Program-made: the position numbers and the translations under genes
The notes under the pieces: generated by a model
What the model was told of the DNA's origin: nothing
Databases searched by the model: none
Seen by the model: the letters and a program-made list of their open reading frames with translations, nothing else
Shown: piece after piece, positions 32,450 to 46,400 of the stretch
How positions within the stretch are numbered: the first letter of the stretch is position 1
Layout of the letters: the number at the start of each line of letters is the position of its first letter
Assembly (NCBI GenBank): GCA_950097015.1
Contig: CATNEN010000038.1
Location: 13,826,001-13,890,000 of the forward strand
Length of the DNA: 64,000 nt
From: Macrostomum hystrix
Lineage: Eukaryota > Animalia > Platyhelminthes
Direction: 5' to 3'

Positions 32450-35400
32450 ATGATACACAGATTCACTAACTGGATTTACCCTCGACTGCCTTCCATCAAA
32501 GTTTTCGTCCAGCTGACTCTGATCCTGGTAAAATATTTTACTTTTGAGCCATTTTGTGGGCACATGCTGTAGAATGGGCATTGCAGGGTTCGATTTTGTT
32601 GAGCTGGACTTAAGTAACGATCCGGCGAGTCCACCATCACGGGGACTAGGCTGGTAGAAACAGCTATACTCTGTACCGTCTGTACTTCATTGTGTCTTTC
32701 TTGACAGCAGTTTCACAGGACTATGAGACTTATTATTATGCTAATGTCGCGAAATTTGTGCTGCGCAACATCTCCCTCTCCTCCATCAACTCCTTTCAGA
32801 TCACTTTTTGCCTCATCGTTACCTTTGTGATAAAGTACAGTACACAAAGTTCCTCAGAAAGCGTTGGTCAATCTGCAAGGTCTCTCGACATACTTGCATG
32901 GAAGAAAAAAGTACTGCTTCAGCAACGAAAGGTGTCTAAGGCCAGAACAGAAGACGGATTAATACCAAAGATAATCCACCAGACATTTACAACTCCTCTA
33001 GTATTCGCCGAGTACAAACCCTTCATCGAGAGCTGCCTGAAGCTGAACCCGGACTGGCAGTACTACCTCTGGACTGACGATGAGATTGTTAATTTTATCA
33101 AGGAAAAGTATCCATTCTTCTTGCCAAGGTACAACGCATTTAAAGTTCACGTTCAAAGAGCAGACAGCATCCGCTATATGATTCTGCACCACTTCGGCGG
33201 TGAGTGTGTTTCGGGTATTTAGCTGAAGGCTTTAAGGTTTATGATAAATACCAAACATTCATTACCAACCATTAAACTATCAGTGTCTGTACGCTCGAAA
33301 CAGTAAGTTAAAAGTTCAGTTGAATCGGAGGTCCCTCTGTGCGTTAAAAAACCGAAGTCGGAATTTGAGAACATTCCTAATCCTGAAGCGTCTCCAGAGT
33401 CGATTAGTTCTCAGACGGCAATCCCTAAAATTATAAAAAACCGCTACCTTCTTAGGGAAGTGACAAACCTTCACGCAAAGCATCAAATTCACGGCTTCTA
33501 ACTGGTGAATTCATAGCCTCAATTCTTGAGCCACTAGTGCCCTTCAACTGGTAACAAGAGAAGCGGAGATATATCTTCGTTTGTAAACTTTCCTCTGTTG
33601 TCTGTATTACAATTTGTCAGTTGTTCGCTGTCAAACGACGAATCCCTCCTGTCTGCATCAAAATTGAAGATCGTGCGAGTGGCTATAGATGTTGTTATTA
33701 CTCCCCCCTTCTCTCTGCTCTGCGCTTGTTTAAGCTCGAGTGCCCTCTTATTGTACTTTCTTCTCTCTCCCTCTATCTGTTCAGCTTCTTAGCTAACCCT
33801 CACTTCTCTTTCCTCTCTCTCTTCTCTGATTGGCTAGCTGTTCGTCTCTCTTTCCTCACCACCCCCTGTTTAGCTCTTACCCTCTGGCCCGTCCTTATTC
33901 GTATTACCCGTCTGCGCCCTCCTTATCTCTAATATAATCGTATTTGATTCTCGGCCTAGATAGCTTCGGCCTGCCCGCTTTCGACCCAGTGACCCCGTAA
34001 ACACTGGCTCTAACTGCGAAAACTTTATTTTCTTTTAAGAAGTCACTATAAATGCATATATTTTTCTCTTTTTAACAGGAATCTACATCGACATGGACGT
34101 TGAATGCGTTAAGCCATTCTACCCCAGCCTGTCAAACATGACAGCGTTTGTGGACCAGGAGGCGAAGGAGCACGCGGTGCTGCTTTATGGCGAGAACTAC
34201 ACCGCAATGAACAGCGTCATGGGCTCCGTGCCGGGCCATCCGTTCTTTTTGCGCCTCGTTTTCGCCATGATGGAAAACGGAAAAAGAGAAAGCACCGAAG
34301 TCTTAGCTTCGACCGGACCCGTGTTAGTCACTAAGACGCTTGAGAAATGGTGGAAGCTCAAGTTCGCTAATATACACACCATAGAAATGCTGGAGCCTCC
34401 CGTGTTCAGCCCAATCATTGATGATAAGCTGCACAACTTTTCAAGAAAATGCGAACAATTTCTAAATCTGAGTAAGTGAACAAGCAGCCTTTCGACTTAT
34501 GGCATTCTCGTAATTTCTCTTATTTTGGCTACAGTACGACTAACTACTCATGAATCTGCCTTTACTCCCTAAGAATCTATTATAGAAAGGATGTTAAAAA
34601 CTATCGGATCGGTTTGTCACACGATGCTCCCAAACATAGCCACACAAAGCGGGCAAGATCGTGACTTACAGTATAAAAAGCGCATATATAGGATGGCCGG
34701 TCGGCTGGTGGCCTGAGATGCGCTGGCGGGGCCTCTTCTGCCTCTGTGATATGATAAAGCTTTCCGAAGTCTATAAGCGGTTGCTGGGTCGGAAGTTGGT
34801 TGCATTCGGCAATCAGGAAGTCAGCCGAAGGTGGCGTCGCTGCCATAGCGATGGAACGAACGAGTCCCTTCTTGGCCGTCAGCAGCTGGACGCCATGCTT
34901 AAATAGGGTCCCCCATGCAGTGAGAGACGGCTGTTTATCGACCGCTCGGATGGTGTCGCTTGAGGTGCTTTCGGCCGCGATTATCGAGCGCTGAAGAGAA
35001 ATCATTGGATTTCCCATTTGGTTCAAGCTGTAATAAGCTTGCCGACAGTGAAGTTGAAGGACCGTGAAGGACCTATTTGCATCTCCAAAGAATACTCGTG
35101 CAATACTTGTAATCTAAATGGTAGTATCGCACAGCACAAGTGAGGCTCCGACCCTTATGTGCGAGTTTAATTACAACTTGAGTACAAGTATAGCTCTTTT
35201 TACGATCGTATACGAGTATACTCATTTTGTGTTGTAATTTCTCACCTACATTGGCTAATCTCTGTTTGACAGAAGAAGAGCGAATGCAAAATGGATGGTT
35301 CTCTACAACCTGTTAATTACAGACGCTACGCGGGACCCCAGAAGAACTCCTCACATTCATGAGGTTTCGAAGCAGCTGTGCAAGCGGTACGCCGAGCGCA

Positions 35401-35570
35401 ACTGGAAGAGCGACCTCACTGGGCCCGAAACCGTGGGGCGACATCAGTTTCTGCATCTTGGCTGGAGGCTCGAAAAGAAAGAAATGCGCTTCGTTGACGT
35501 CAGATCGATCGTTGAAAATGTGATTTTCTACTCGACAAGTGCGCGCTGGCTTTCTGACCCACGCAGGTGA
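32450..35570 (+). CDS. Second GT32 (DxD) glycosyltransferase; exons 32450-32527, 32800-33199, 34079-~34471, ~35273-35570
   Basis: TM segment spans exons 1/2; IPKIIHQT, LNPDWQYYLWTD, RADSIRYMILHHFG-G-IYIDMD, PGHPFF and STGP motifs. First two introns are in phase; the last junction is uncertain. Confidence 0.85.
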
Positions 35571-36943
35571 TGCGCTAAAGTCAGTTTTTCGAATAAATCG
35601 AATAAAACATTGAAAAACGACGTAGCTAAGGACTGTGAATTCTTGAAATTCTCACTCAAAAGCGCAGGGACATATATTTTGCACATGTAAATTTTCACCT
35701 AAAGGATATTAATCATATAATTGTTCACTGTTGGCGCAGCTTCATAATCTTTCGTACTTATTTTCTTCATATTCTTTACTAATTAACAAATTATCATTAT
35801 CATTGAAGTGCTAAAGTATGTGTTTTTAGGCATATTTTTATACTTCGAAGCGAGCGCTAAATTAAAAACACATCTAGCGTTTGGACCTTTATTACAAAAA
35901 TTCAAATTTACAGAGGACTGTGGGCAATCACAATTCTTACAATCTGAAATGTATATTTCAGGGGCCCGACAAGCCCCAAGCCTCTTCACTGCGCCCGACG
36001 TTCGTACAAAATATTTTGTATAAGTACCAAATGTTCACATTTGATGTTCCGCGCACAATGAGTACGTTGGTACAACATTTTAAACAGGTGGGATGCACCA
36101 AAGGGAATGTCAACTTAAGGCTGTAAAATGGAGCCCGAGGTCAGTCCTCAGACCAAACCAACTGAAACAAGTGGCTGGTCGTTCCAGTCGACTAGAAACG
36201 CTGAGAAATCTCACCCCAGTTCTACCCATGGTACCCTGGGGAATAGGAATTCCCTATCTAGTCTTCTTCTAAGCTGAATCTATTCACCACGAAGGGAATT
36301 GAAGGGTTTAGATAGGGAAGCAAAGTGTTCGGAATGTAAGACGGCTGTAAGAAAGAAATGCAAGTATGTAAAACAATATTTCGTTTAATTCGTATAAATT
36401 AATTTTTTTGGGATAACGGATTTAAGATCAAAATAACAAAATTAGCTTCTGTATTTCCTAGTTAACTGTGTGGCTATTACAATCCAATCAGACGAGTTAG
36501 ATAAAAGGATAAAATTCATTTCAGTTAAAGCAACAAAAAGTGATTGTTAGACTAAAAATTATGAGCACAAGTTAGTCACCGGTTAAGCGAATTGGAAATT
36601 AATTCAATACAGTACAAGAGGGTCAATCGGAAAGTCTTCAAAATGGATTCTGGTGTCAACAGCCGGTGGGGCGTGGGAATTGCTTTGAACAAGTTTGGCA
36701 AGTTCATTTTGCTTATCTTGTTTGTAACTGTGTTATTCGAAAAACTTTCGGAGTAACAATCATAAAGCTAGTTAAAAATTAGTTTTATAGCTGTAATCCA
36801 AAAAACACAGATCATCTGAATAAAACATTACTTGCAGCGACAGCAAATTCAATCAAAACACACCATTTACTTTTAACTTGTTAGGCCTAAAGCTAAATTT
36901 GAGAGACTCAACTAAGCAACTCAGACACACCTTTAAAGTGCCA

Positions 36944-37335
36944 GACACACCTGAGTAGCCTCAGACACACCTCAGTACTGCCAGACACGCCTCAGTACTG
37001 TCAGACACACCTCAGTACTGTCAGACACACCTCAGTACTGCCAGACACGCCTCAGTACTGCCAGACACACCTCAGTACTGTCAGACACGCCTCAGTACTG
37101 TCAGACACGCCTCAGTACTGTCAGACACACCTCAGTACTGCCAGACACGCCTCAGTACTGCCAGACACACCTCAGTACTGCCAGACACACCTCAGTACTG
37201 TCAGACACGCCTCAGTACTGTCAGACACACCTCAGTACTGCCAGACACGCCTCAGTACTGCCAGACACGCCTCAGTACTGCCAGAGACACCTGAGTAGCC
37301 TCAGACACATCTAAGTACTCTCAGACACACCTGAG
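36944..37335. repeat. 20-bp minisatellite (CAGACAC[A/G]CCTCAGTACTG[T/C]), ~19 copies, just 3' of XPNPEP1
   Basis: Direct reading. Confidence 0.95.
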
Positions 37336-37439
37336 TAGCTTCAGATTGAGCATGTTTAAATCGAACCGGAAAAGACAAGTGATCAGTTAGTTTTCTCAGC
37401 AACAAAATCCCAGGCGTCGTCAAAGCTATCTCGCTGCAC

Positions 37440-40400
37440 TCAAATGGGCTCCGTCTCGCGGACCAGCCACTCGTAGGTATCGGCAAAGCCGCGCATTTTC
37501 AATTCGTCTCCAACAACACGCCGAACCTCGGCGTGATAATCATTCAACCAGCCGACCTCCTGGCCAGTCAGCAGGCTTCGATCAACCAGATTGGTGGATA
37601 TAGGAACCAGGGTCAGCGGTTTGAATGTCAAGAACTGCAGCCCATCGAAGCCGTCGGTGATGCTTGGATGCTGAACAACTTGGACAACATTCTCAATGCG
37701 AATGCCGTACTGGCCAGGCAGGTAGAAGCCTGGCTCGATGGTGACAATCATGCCGCTCTTCAGCCCGATCTCGTTTGGATTCGACCTGGAGCCGCTGATG
37801 CCGCAGGGTCCTTCGTGGACATTGAGAAACACGCCGACCCCGTGCCCGGTGCCGTGCTGAAACTCCAGACCGGCCGACCAAAGGCTGGCGCGGGCGTGCG
37901 TGTCCAGACGGGAGCCGAGGACATTCTCCGGGAAGGCCAGGCGGGACAGGGCGATGTGGCCCTGCAGCACCAGGGTGTAGTGCCGCCGCAGCTGGGCGCT
38001 GGGTGAGGCACCGTAGTACAGAGTGCGCGTCACATCAGTGGTGCCGCATCTGGTCGGATGAAGGGATTTTTTATTAAATAAGGAAATTCAGACGACTCTA
38101 TCAATGAGGAAAGCCTGGCTTCAAAAATCCCAATCCAAAATAAACAACAATCATGATTCGGATCAACCTAGGACACACTTCCTAATCCCAATCTCACATT
38201 TATCTTAAAAGTCCTAATCCAACATAAAAACATCCCAATCCATATTAATAAATAAATCCCAATTTATAGAAAAAGGAATCCCAATCCGTATTAAAATGGA
38301 ATCCCAATCCGTATTAAAATGGAATCCCAATCCGTATTAAAATGGAATCCCAATCCGTATTAAAATGGAATCCCAATCCGTATTAAAATGGAATCCCAAT
38401 CCGTATTAAAATGGAATCCCAATCCGTATTAAAATGGAATCCCAATCCGTATTAAAATGGAATCCCAATTCGTATTAAAATGGAATCCCAATCCGTATTA
38501 AAATGGAATCCTAATCCGTATTAAAATGTAATCCCAATCCGTATTAAAATGGAATCCCAATCCGTATTAAAATGGAATCCCAATCCGAATTAAAATGGAA
38601 TCCCAATCCGTATTAAAATGGAATCCCAATTCGTATTAAAATGGAATCCTTATCGTATTAAAATGGAATCCCAATCCGTATTAAAATGGAATCCCAATTC
38701 GTATTAAAATGGAATCCCAATTCGTATTAAAATGGAATCCCAATTCGTATTAAAATGGAATCCCAATTCGTATTAAAATGGAATCCCAATCCGAATTAAA
38801 ATGGAATCCCAATCCGTATTAAAATGGAATCCCAATTCGTATTAAAATGGAATCCCAATCCGTATTAAAATGGAATCCCAATTCGTATTAAAATGGAATC
38901 CCAATTCGTATTAAAATGGAATCCCAATCCGTATTAAAATGGAATCCCAATTCGTATTAAAATGGAATCCCAATTCGTATTAAAATGGAATCCCAATTCG
39001 TATTAAAATGGAATCCCAATCCGTATTAAAATGGAATCCCAATTCGTATTAAAATGGAATCCCAATCCGTATTAAAATGGAATCCTAATCCGTATTAAAA
39101 TGGAATCCCAATCCGTATTAAAATGGAATCCCAATTCGTATTAAAATGGAATCCCAATTCGTCTTAAAATGGAATCCCAATCCGTATTAAAATGGAATCC
39201 CAATCCGTATTAAAATGGAATCCCAATCCGAATTAAAATGGAATCCCAATCCGTATTAAAATGGAATCCCAATTCGTATTAAAATGGAATCCTTATCGTA
39301 TTAAAATGGAATCCCAATCCGTCTTAAAATGGAATCCCAATTCGTATTAAAATGGAATCCCAATTCGTATTAAAATGGAATCCCAATTCGTCTTAAAATG
39401 GAATCCCAATCCGTATTAAAATGGAATCCCAATTCGTATTAAAATGGAATCCCAATTCGTCTTAAAATGGAATCCCAATCCGTATTAAAATGGAATCCCA
39501 ATCCGTATTAAAATGGAATCCCAATCCGTATTAAAATGGAATCCCAATTCGTATTAAAATGGAATCCCAATCCGTATTAAAATGGAATCCCAATCCGTAT
39601 TAAAATGGAATCCCAATCCGTATTAAAATGGAATCCTAATCCGTATTAAAATGGAATCCCAATCCGTATTAAAATGGAATCCCAATTCGTATTAAAATGG
39701 AATCCTTATCGTATTAAAATGGAATCCCAATCCGTATTAAAATGGAATCCCAATTCGTATTAAAATGGAATCCCAATTCGTATTAAAATGGAATCCCAAT
39801 TCGTCTTAAAATGGAATCCCAATTCGTATTAAAATGGAATCCCAATCCGTATTAAAATGGAATCCCAATCCGTATTAAAATGGAATCCCAATCCGTATTA
39901 AAATGGAATCCTAATCCGTATTAAAATGGAATCCCAATCCGTATTAAAATGGAATCCCAATTCGTATTAAAATGGAATCCCAATCCGTATTAAAATGGAA
40001 TCCCAATCCGTATTAAAATGGAATCCCAATCCGTATTAAAATGGAATCCTAATCCGTATTAAAATGGAATCCCAATCCGTATTAAAATGGAATCCCAATC
40101 CGTATTAAAATGGAATCCCAATCCGTATTAAAATGGAATCCCAATTCGTATTAAAATGGAATCCCAATTCGTATTAAAATGGAATCCCAATTCGTATTAA
40201 AATGGAATCCCAATTCGTATTAAAATGGAATCCCAATTCGTATTAAAATGGAATCCCAATTCGTATTAAAATGGAATCCCAATTCGTATTAAAATGGAAT
40301 CCCAATTCGTATTAAAATGGAATCCCAATCCGTATTAAAATGGAATCCCAATCCGTATTAAAATGGAATCCCAATCCGTATTAAAATGGAATCCCAATCC

Positions 40401-43400
40401 GTATTAAAATGGAATCCCAATCCGTATTAAAATGGAATCCCAATCCGTATTAAAATGGAATCCCAATTCGTATTAAAATGGAATCCCAATTCGTATTAAA
40501 ATGGAATCCCAATTCGTATTAAAATGGAATCCTAATCCGTATTAAAATGGAATCCCAATTCGTATTAAAATGGAATCCCAATTCGTATTAAAATGGAATC
40601 CCAATCCGTATTAAAATGGAATCCCAATCCGTATTAAAATGGAATCCCAATCCGTATTAAAATGGAATCCCAATTCGTATTAAAATGGAATCCTAATTCG
40701 TATTAAAATGGAATCCTAATCCGTATTAAAATGGAATCCCAATTCGTATTAAAATGGAATCCCAATCCGTATTAAAATGGAATCCCAATTCGTATTAAAA
40801 TGGAATCCCAATTCGTATTAAAATGGAATCCCAATCCGTATTAAAATGGAATCCCAATTCGTATTAAAATGGAATCCCAATTCGTATTAAAATGGAATCC
40901 CAATTCGTCTTAAAATGGAATCCCAATTCGTATTAAAATGGAATCCCAATTCGTCTTAAAATGGAATCCCAATTCGTCTTAAAATGGAATCCCAATCCGT
41001 ATTAAAATGGAATCCCAATCCGTATTAAAATGGAATCCCAATTCGTATTAAAATGGAATCCCAATTCGTATTAAAATGGAATCCCAATTCGTATTAAAAT
41101 GGAATCCCAATCCGTATTAAAATGGAATCCCAATTCGTATTAAAATGGAATCCTTATCGTATTAAAATGGAATCCCAATTCGTATTAAAATGGAATCCCA
41201 ATTCGTATTAAAATGGAATCCCAATTCGTCTTAAAATGGAATCCCAATTCGTCTTAAAATGGAATCCCAATTCGTATTAAAATGGAATCCCAATCCGTAT
41301 TAAAATGGAATCCCAATCCGTATTAAAATGGAATCCCAATCCGTATTAAAATGGAATCCTAATCCGTATTAAAATGGAATCCCAATTCGTATTAAAATGG
41401 AATCCCAATTCGTATTAAAATGGAATCCCAATTCGTATTAAAATGGAATCCCAATTCGTATTAAAATGGAATCCCAATTCGTATTAAAATGGAATCCCAA
41501 TTCGTATTAAAATGGAATCCCAATCCGTATTAAAATGGAATCCCAATCCGTATTAAAATGGAATCCCAATCCGTATTAAAATGGAATCCCAATCCGTATT
41601 AAAATGGAATCCTAATCCGTATTAAAATGGAATCCCAATTCGTATTAAAATGGAATCCCAATTCGTATTAAAATGGAATCCTAATCCGTATTAAAATGGA
41701 ATCCCAATTCGTATTAAAATGGAATCCCAATTCGTATTAAAATGGAATCCCAATTCGTATTAAAATGGAATCCCAATCCGTATTAAAATGGAATCCCAAT
41801 CCGTATTAAAATGGAATCCCAATCCGTATTAAAATGGAATCCCAATTCGTATTAAAATGGAATCCCAATTCGTATTAAAATGGAATCCTAATCCGTATTA
41901 AAATGGAATCCCAATTCGTATTAAAATGGAATCCCAATCCGTATTAAAATGGAATCCCAATTCGTATTAAAATGGAATCCCAATTCGTATTAAAATGGAA
42001 TCCCAATCCGTATTAAAATGGAATCCCAATTCGTATTAAAATGGAATCCCAATTCGTATTAAAATGGAATCCCAATTCGTCTTAAAATGGAATCCCAATT
42101 CGTATTAAAATGGAATCCCAATTCGTCTTAAAATGGAATCCCAATTCGTCTTAAAATGGAATCCCAATCCGTATTAAAATGGAATCCCAATCCGTATTAA
42201 AATGGAATCCCAATCCGTATTAAAATGGAATCCTAATCCGTATTAAAATGGATCTCCGTATTATAACTAATTTCTATAACGAACTATACAAAAATATTCA
42301 TAATTCACATAAAAAAGAATTCCGACCCTCTTATAGAAGAGTCTCGATTCCTATTCCAAAGCTTACTAGGTCAGGCAAAAAAGTAACACCAAAAGAAAAA
42401 CTCCCATCTCACCTGTAGTGGCCGCCGCTGTCAACCAGGTAGGCTTCGTCAGCTTGAATGGGCCTGTCAGTCTCGGGCGTCACTCTGTAGTGGATGATGG
42501 CCCCATTCGACCCCGAGCCGCTGATTGTATCAAAGCTGGGTTCAACAAAGTCTTCCATCTCGGCACGCAGGCTGTCCAGCTTGTCGCTGCCCGACAGCTC
42601 GGTGACTGCGGAGCCGGCCGCCAGCTGCAGCTCCAGCCAGTGCAGGTAGCGGCACAACGCCACGGCGTCCAGGACGTGAGCCCGCGACATGCCGGAGAGC
42701 TCAGGCGGGTACTTCACCTGCGGGTCATTGTCGCTGGAATAACTATACTGGTACTCACTGCAACATGAAAGCACTTCCATGACCCATATAGCTTGACTTA
42801 CTCATCTCTGCCATGACTCATCTAGCTTGACCTACTCATCTCTGCCATGACCCATCTAGCTTGACCTACTCATCTCTGCCATGACTCATCTAGCTTGACT
42901 TACTCATCTCTGCCATGACTCATCTAGCTTGACCTACTCATCTCTGCCATGACTCATCTAGCTTGACCTACTCATCTCTGCCATGACTCATCTAGCTTGA
43001 CTTACTCATCTCTGCCATGACTCATCTAGCTTGACCTACTCATCTCTGCCATGACTCATCTAGCTTGACCTACTCATCTCTGCCATGACTCATCTAGCTT
43101 GACCTACTCATCTCTGCCATGACCCATCTAGCTTGACCTACTCATCTCTGCCATGACTCATCTAGCTTGACCTACTCATCTCTGCCATGACTCATCTAGC
43201 TTGACCTACTCATCTCTGCCATGACCCATCTAGCTTGACCTACTCATCTCTGCCATGACTCATCTAGCTTGACCTACTCATCTCTGCCATGACTCATCTA
43301 GCTTGACCTACTCATCTCTGCCATGACTCATCTAGCTTGACCTACTCATCTCTGCCATGACCCATCTAGCTTGACCTACTCATCTCTGCCATGACTCATC

Positions 43401-46400
43401 TAGCTTGACTTACTCATCTCTGCCATGACTCATCTAGCTTGACCTACTCATCTCTGCCATGACTCATCTAGCTTGACCTACTCATCTCTGCCATGACCCA
43501 TCTAGCTTGACCTACTCATCTCTGCCATGACTCATCTAGCTTGACTTACTCATCTCTGCCATGACTCATCTAGCTTGACCTACTCATCTCTGCCATGACT
43601 CATCTAGCTTGACCTACTCATCTCTGCCATGACCCATCTAGCTTGACCTACTCATCTCTGCCATGACTCATCTAGCTTGACCTACTCATCTCTGCCATGA
43701 CCCATCTAGCTTGACCTACTCATCTCTGCCATGACTCATCTAGCTTGACTTACTCATCTCTGCCATGACTCATCTAGCTTGACCTACTCATCTCTGCCAT
43801 GACCCATCTAGCTTGACTTACTCATCTCTGCCATGACTCATCTAGCTTGACTTACTCATCTCTGCCATGACTCATCTAGCTTGACTTACTCATCTCTGCC
43901 ATGACTCATCTAGCTTGACTTACTCATCTCTGCCATGACTCATCTAGCTTGACTTACTCATCTCTGCCATGACTCATCTAGCTTGACCTACTCATCTCTG
44001 CCATGACCCATCTAGCTTGACCTACTCATCTCTGCCATGACCCATCTAGCTTGACCTACTCATCTCTGCCATGACCCATCTAGCTTGACCTACTCATCTC
44101 TGCCATGACTCATCTAGCTTGACCTACTCATCTCTGCCATGACCCATCTAGCTTGACCTACTCATCTCTGCCATGACTCATCTAGCTTGACTTACTCATC
44201 TCTGCCATGACTCATCTAGCTTGACCTACTCATCTCTGCCATGACTCATCTAGCTTGACTTACTCATCTCTGCCATGACCCATCTAGCTTGACTTACTCA
44301 TCTCTGCCATGACTCATCTAGCTTGACTTACTCATCTCTGCCATGACTCATCTAGCTTGACTTACTCATCTCTGCCATGACTCATCTAGCTTGACTTACT
44401 CATCTCTGCCATGACTCATCTAGCTTGACCTACTCATCTCTGCCATGACTCATCTAGCTTGACTTACTCATCTCTGCCATGACTCATCTAGCTTGACTTA
44501 CTCATCTCTGCCATGACTCATCTAGCTTGACCTACTAATCTCTACCATGACGCATCCAGCGTGGGTCACCCACCGCTTTGAGCACGGAGGCCGGTGAGTT
44601 GGCCAAATAGAGTCTGGCTTTGGGCACAGGCAGGCCGACAGCGGCGCTGGCACGATGGTCAAGCCAGACCCGACCGCTGGTGGCACCAATGAGCCTCTCA
44701 AATTCCGACTGGAATTGTCGGTAAGAGTGCAGCTGCACTCCAGTCTCGGTCACGTGACACTTAAAGTCATCGGAGTTAGATTCGTGCAGGTCAACAAATA
44801 AGTGAACGGAATCTGCTGTCACAATGCAATAGGCGAACAGAACAGGCGACATTGGGATCACGCCAACGGAGCGATAGTTGAACAGCCACGCGATGTCGTC
44901 TAGAGCGGAGAGAACTAGCAGATTGGCGCTGGACTTGCGCATCTCCTGCCGAACCTGGCAAGATAGGGAGCGGATTATGTTTAGGGTAGATAGAGGATTA
45001 GGGTAGATAGGGGATTAGGGTAGATGGGGATTTAGGGTAGATAAGGGCTTAGGGTCGATTGGGGATTAGGGAAGATTGGGATTTAGGGTAGATAGGGGAT
45101 TAGGGTAGAGAGGCATTAGCTTAGGTAGGGGAGTAGGGTAGATATGCGATTTGTGAAGATAGGGATTTAGGGTAGGCAAGGGGTTAGGGTAGATAAGGGC
45201 TTAGGGTAGATTGGGGATTAGGGAAGATTGGGATTAGGGAAAATAGGGTGTAAGGGTAGAGGGGATTAGGATAGATAGGGGATTAGGGTAGAGAGGGGAT
45301 TAGAGTAGAGAGGAGAGGATAAGGGAGAGAACCGATTTGGGTAGAAGGACAAGGATTAGAGTTGAGAGAAGGGGATTATAGTAGATTATAGTAGATAGAG
45401 GGGATTAGGGCAGAAAGGGATTAAAGTAGAATTGAGATAGGAGAAATGGGAAATGAGAGATATGGTGGGGAAGAGGTGGGAGATGAGAGAGCTCGACAGT
45501 TATGAGGTTTAAAGGGGAAAGTTGGTGCACAAAAAATGCACCGAAAAAAATGTTCCGAAACCCCAGACAAACCAATCCGAGCTTCTCCAACGGTGACGCG
45601 CCCGCCTCCTCCTTGCTGAGGAGGAACAGTCGCAGTCCGAGCGGCCGTCGCGGCCTATCAGTCCAGACAGCGTCGACCAGGTTGTCGGGCAGGCCGACAA
45701 GTTCAGTGCCGCCGGCAGCCAGGCTGTCGCTCATCTCCCGGCAGCGGCTAAAAGGCAGCGTTGTCGGATCGAAGCCAACTCGCTTGAAGTCGTGGCTAGC
45801 CAGGTACTCGGTGAGGGTCGGCACGCCTTTGTTGAGCGCCCGCATCAGGGCCCAGTTGGAGTCCATCTGCTGCTCGGCCTGGAGGAAATACCGTCCGTCC
45901 GTCCACATCAGGGCCTCGGACTGCAAGGAGGGGAAGAGTTGCTTTAGCTGAGGATCTATTGTGGATAAAAGCTGAATCTGAGGATCTGGGGAGGATGGCA
46001 GCTCAATTAGAGAATTTATGGAGGATGACAGCTTAATCTGAGGATCATAGGGATATTGGGATCTTAGAGATATGAAGATCTTAGGGACCTGAGGATCTTA
46101 GGGATCTTAGGATATTAGGGATCTGAGGATCTATTGTGGATGACAGCTCAATCTGAGGATCATATGAATATTGGGATCTTAGAGATATGAAGATCTTAGG
46201 GATCTGAGGATCTTAGGGATCTGAGGATCTTAGAGATCTGAGATCTGAGGACATCTGAGGACCTTAGGGATCTGAGGATTTGAGGATCTTAGAGGTCTGA
46301 GGATCTTAGAGATCTGAGGACCTTAGGGATCTGAGGATTTGAGAATCTTAGGGATCTGAGGACCTTAGAGATTTGAGGACCTTAGAGATCTGAGGATCTT

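Noticed and set aside
34600-35030. GC-rich intronic segment with a 141-aa minus-strand ORF
   Set aside because: No recognisable domain and no defined ends; probably an unclassified repeat.
38277-44550. CRISPR-like appearance of the regular arrays
   Set aside because: Units are contiguous with no unique spacers, there are no cas genes, and the arrays lie in spliceosomal introns.
44980-45410. Interstitial telomere
   Set aside because: TTAGGG units are interspersed with other sequence and never form a pure tandem run.
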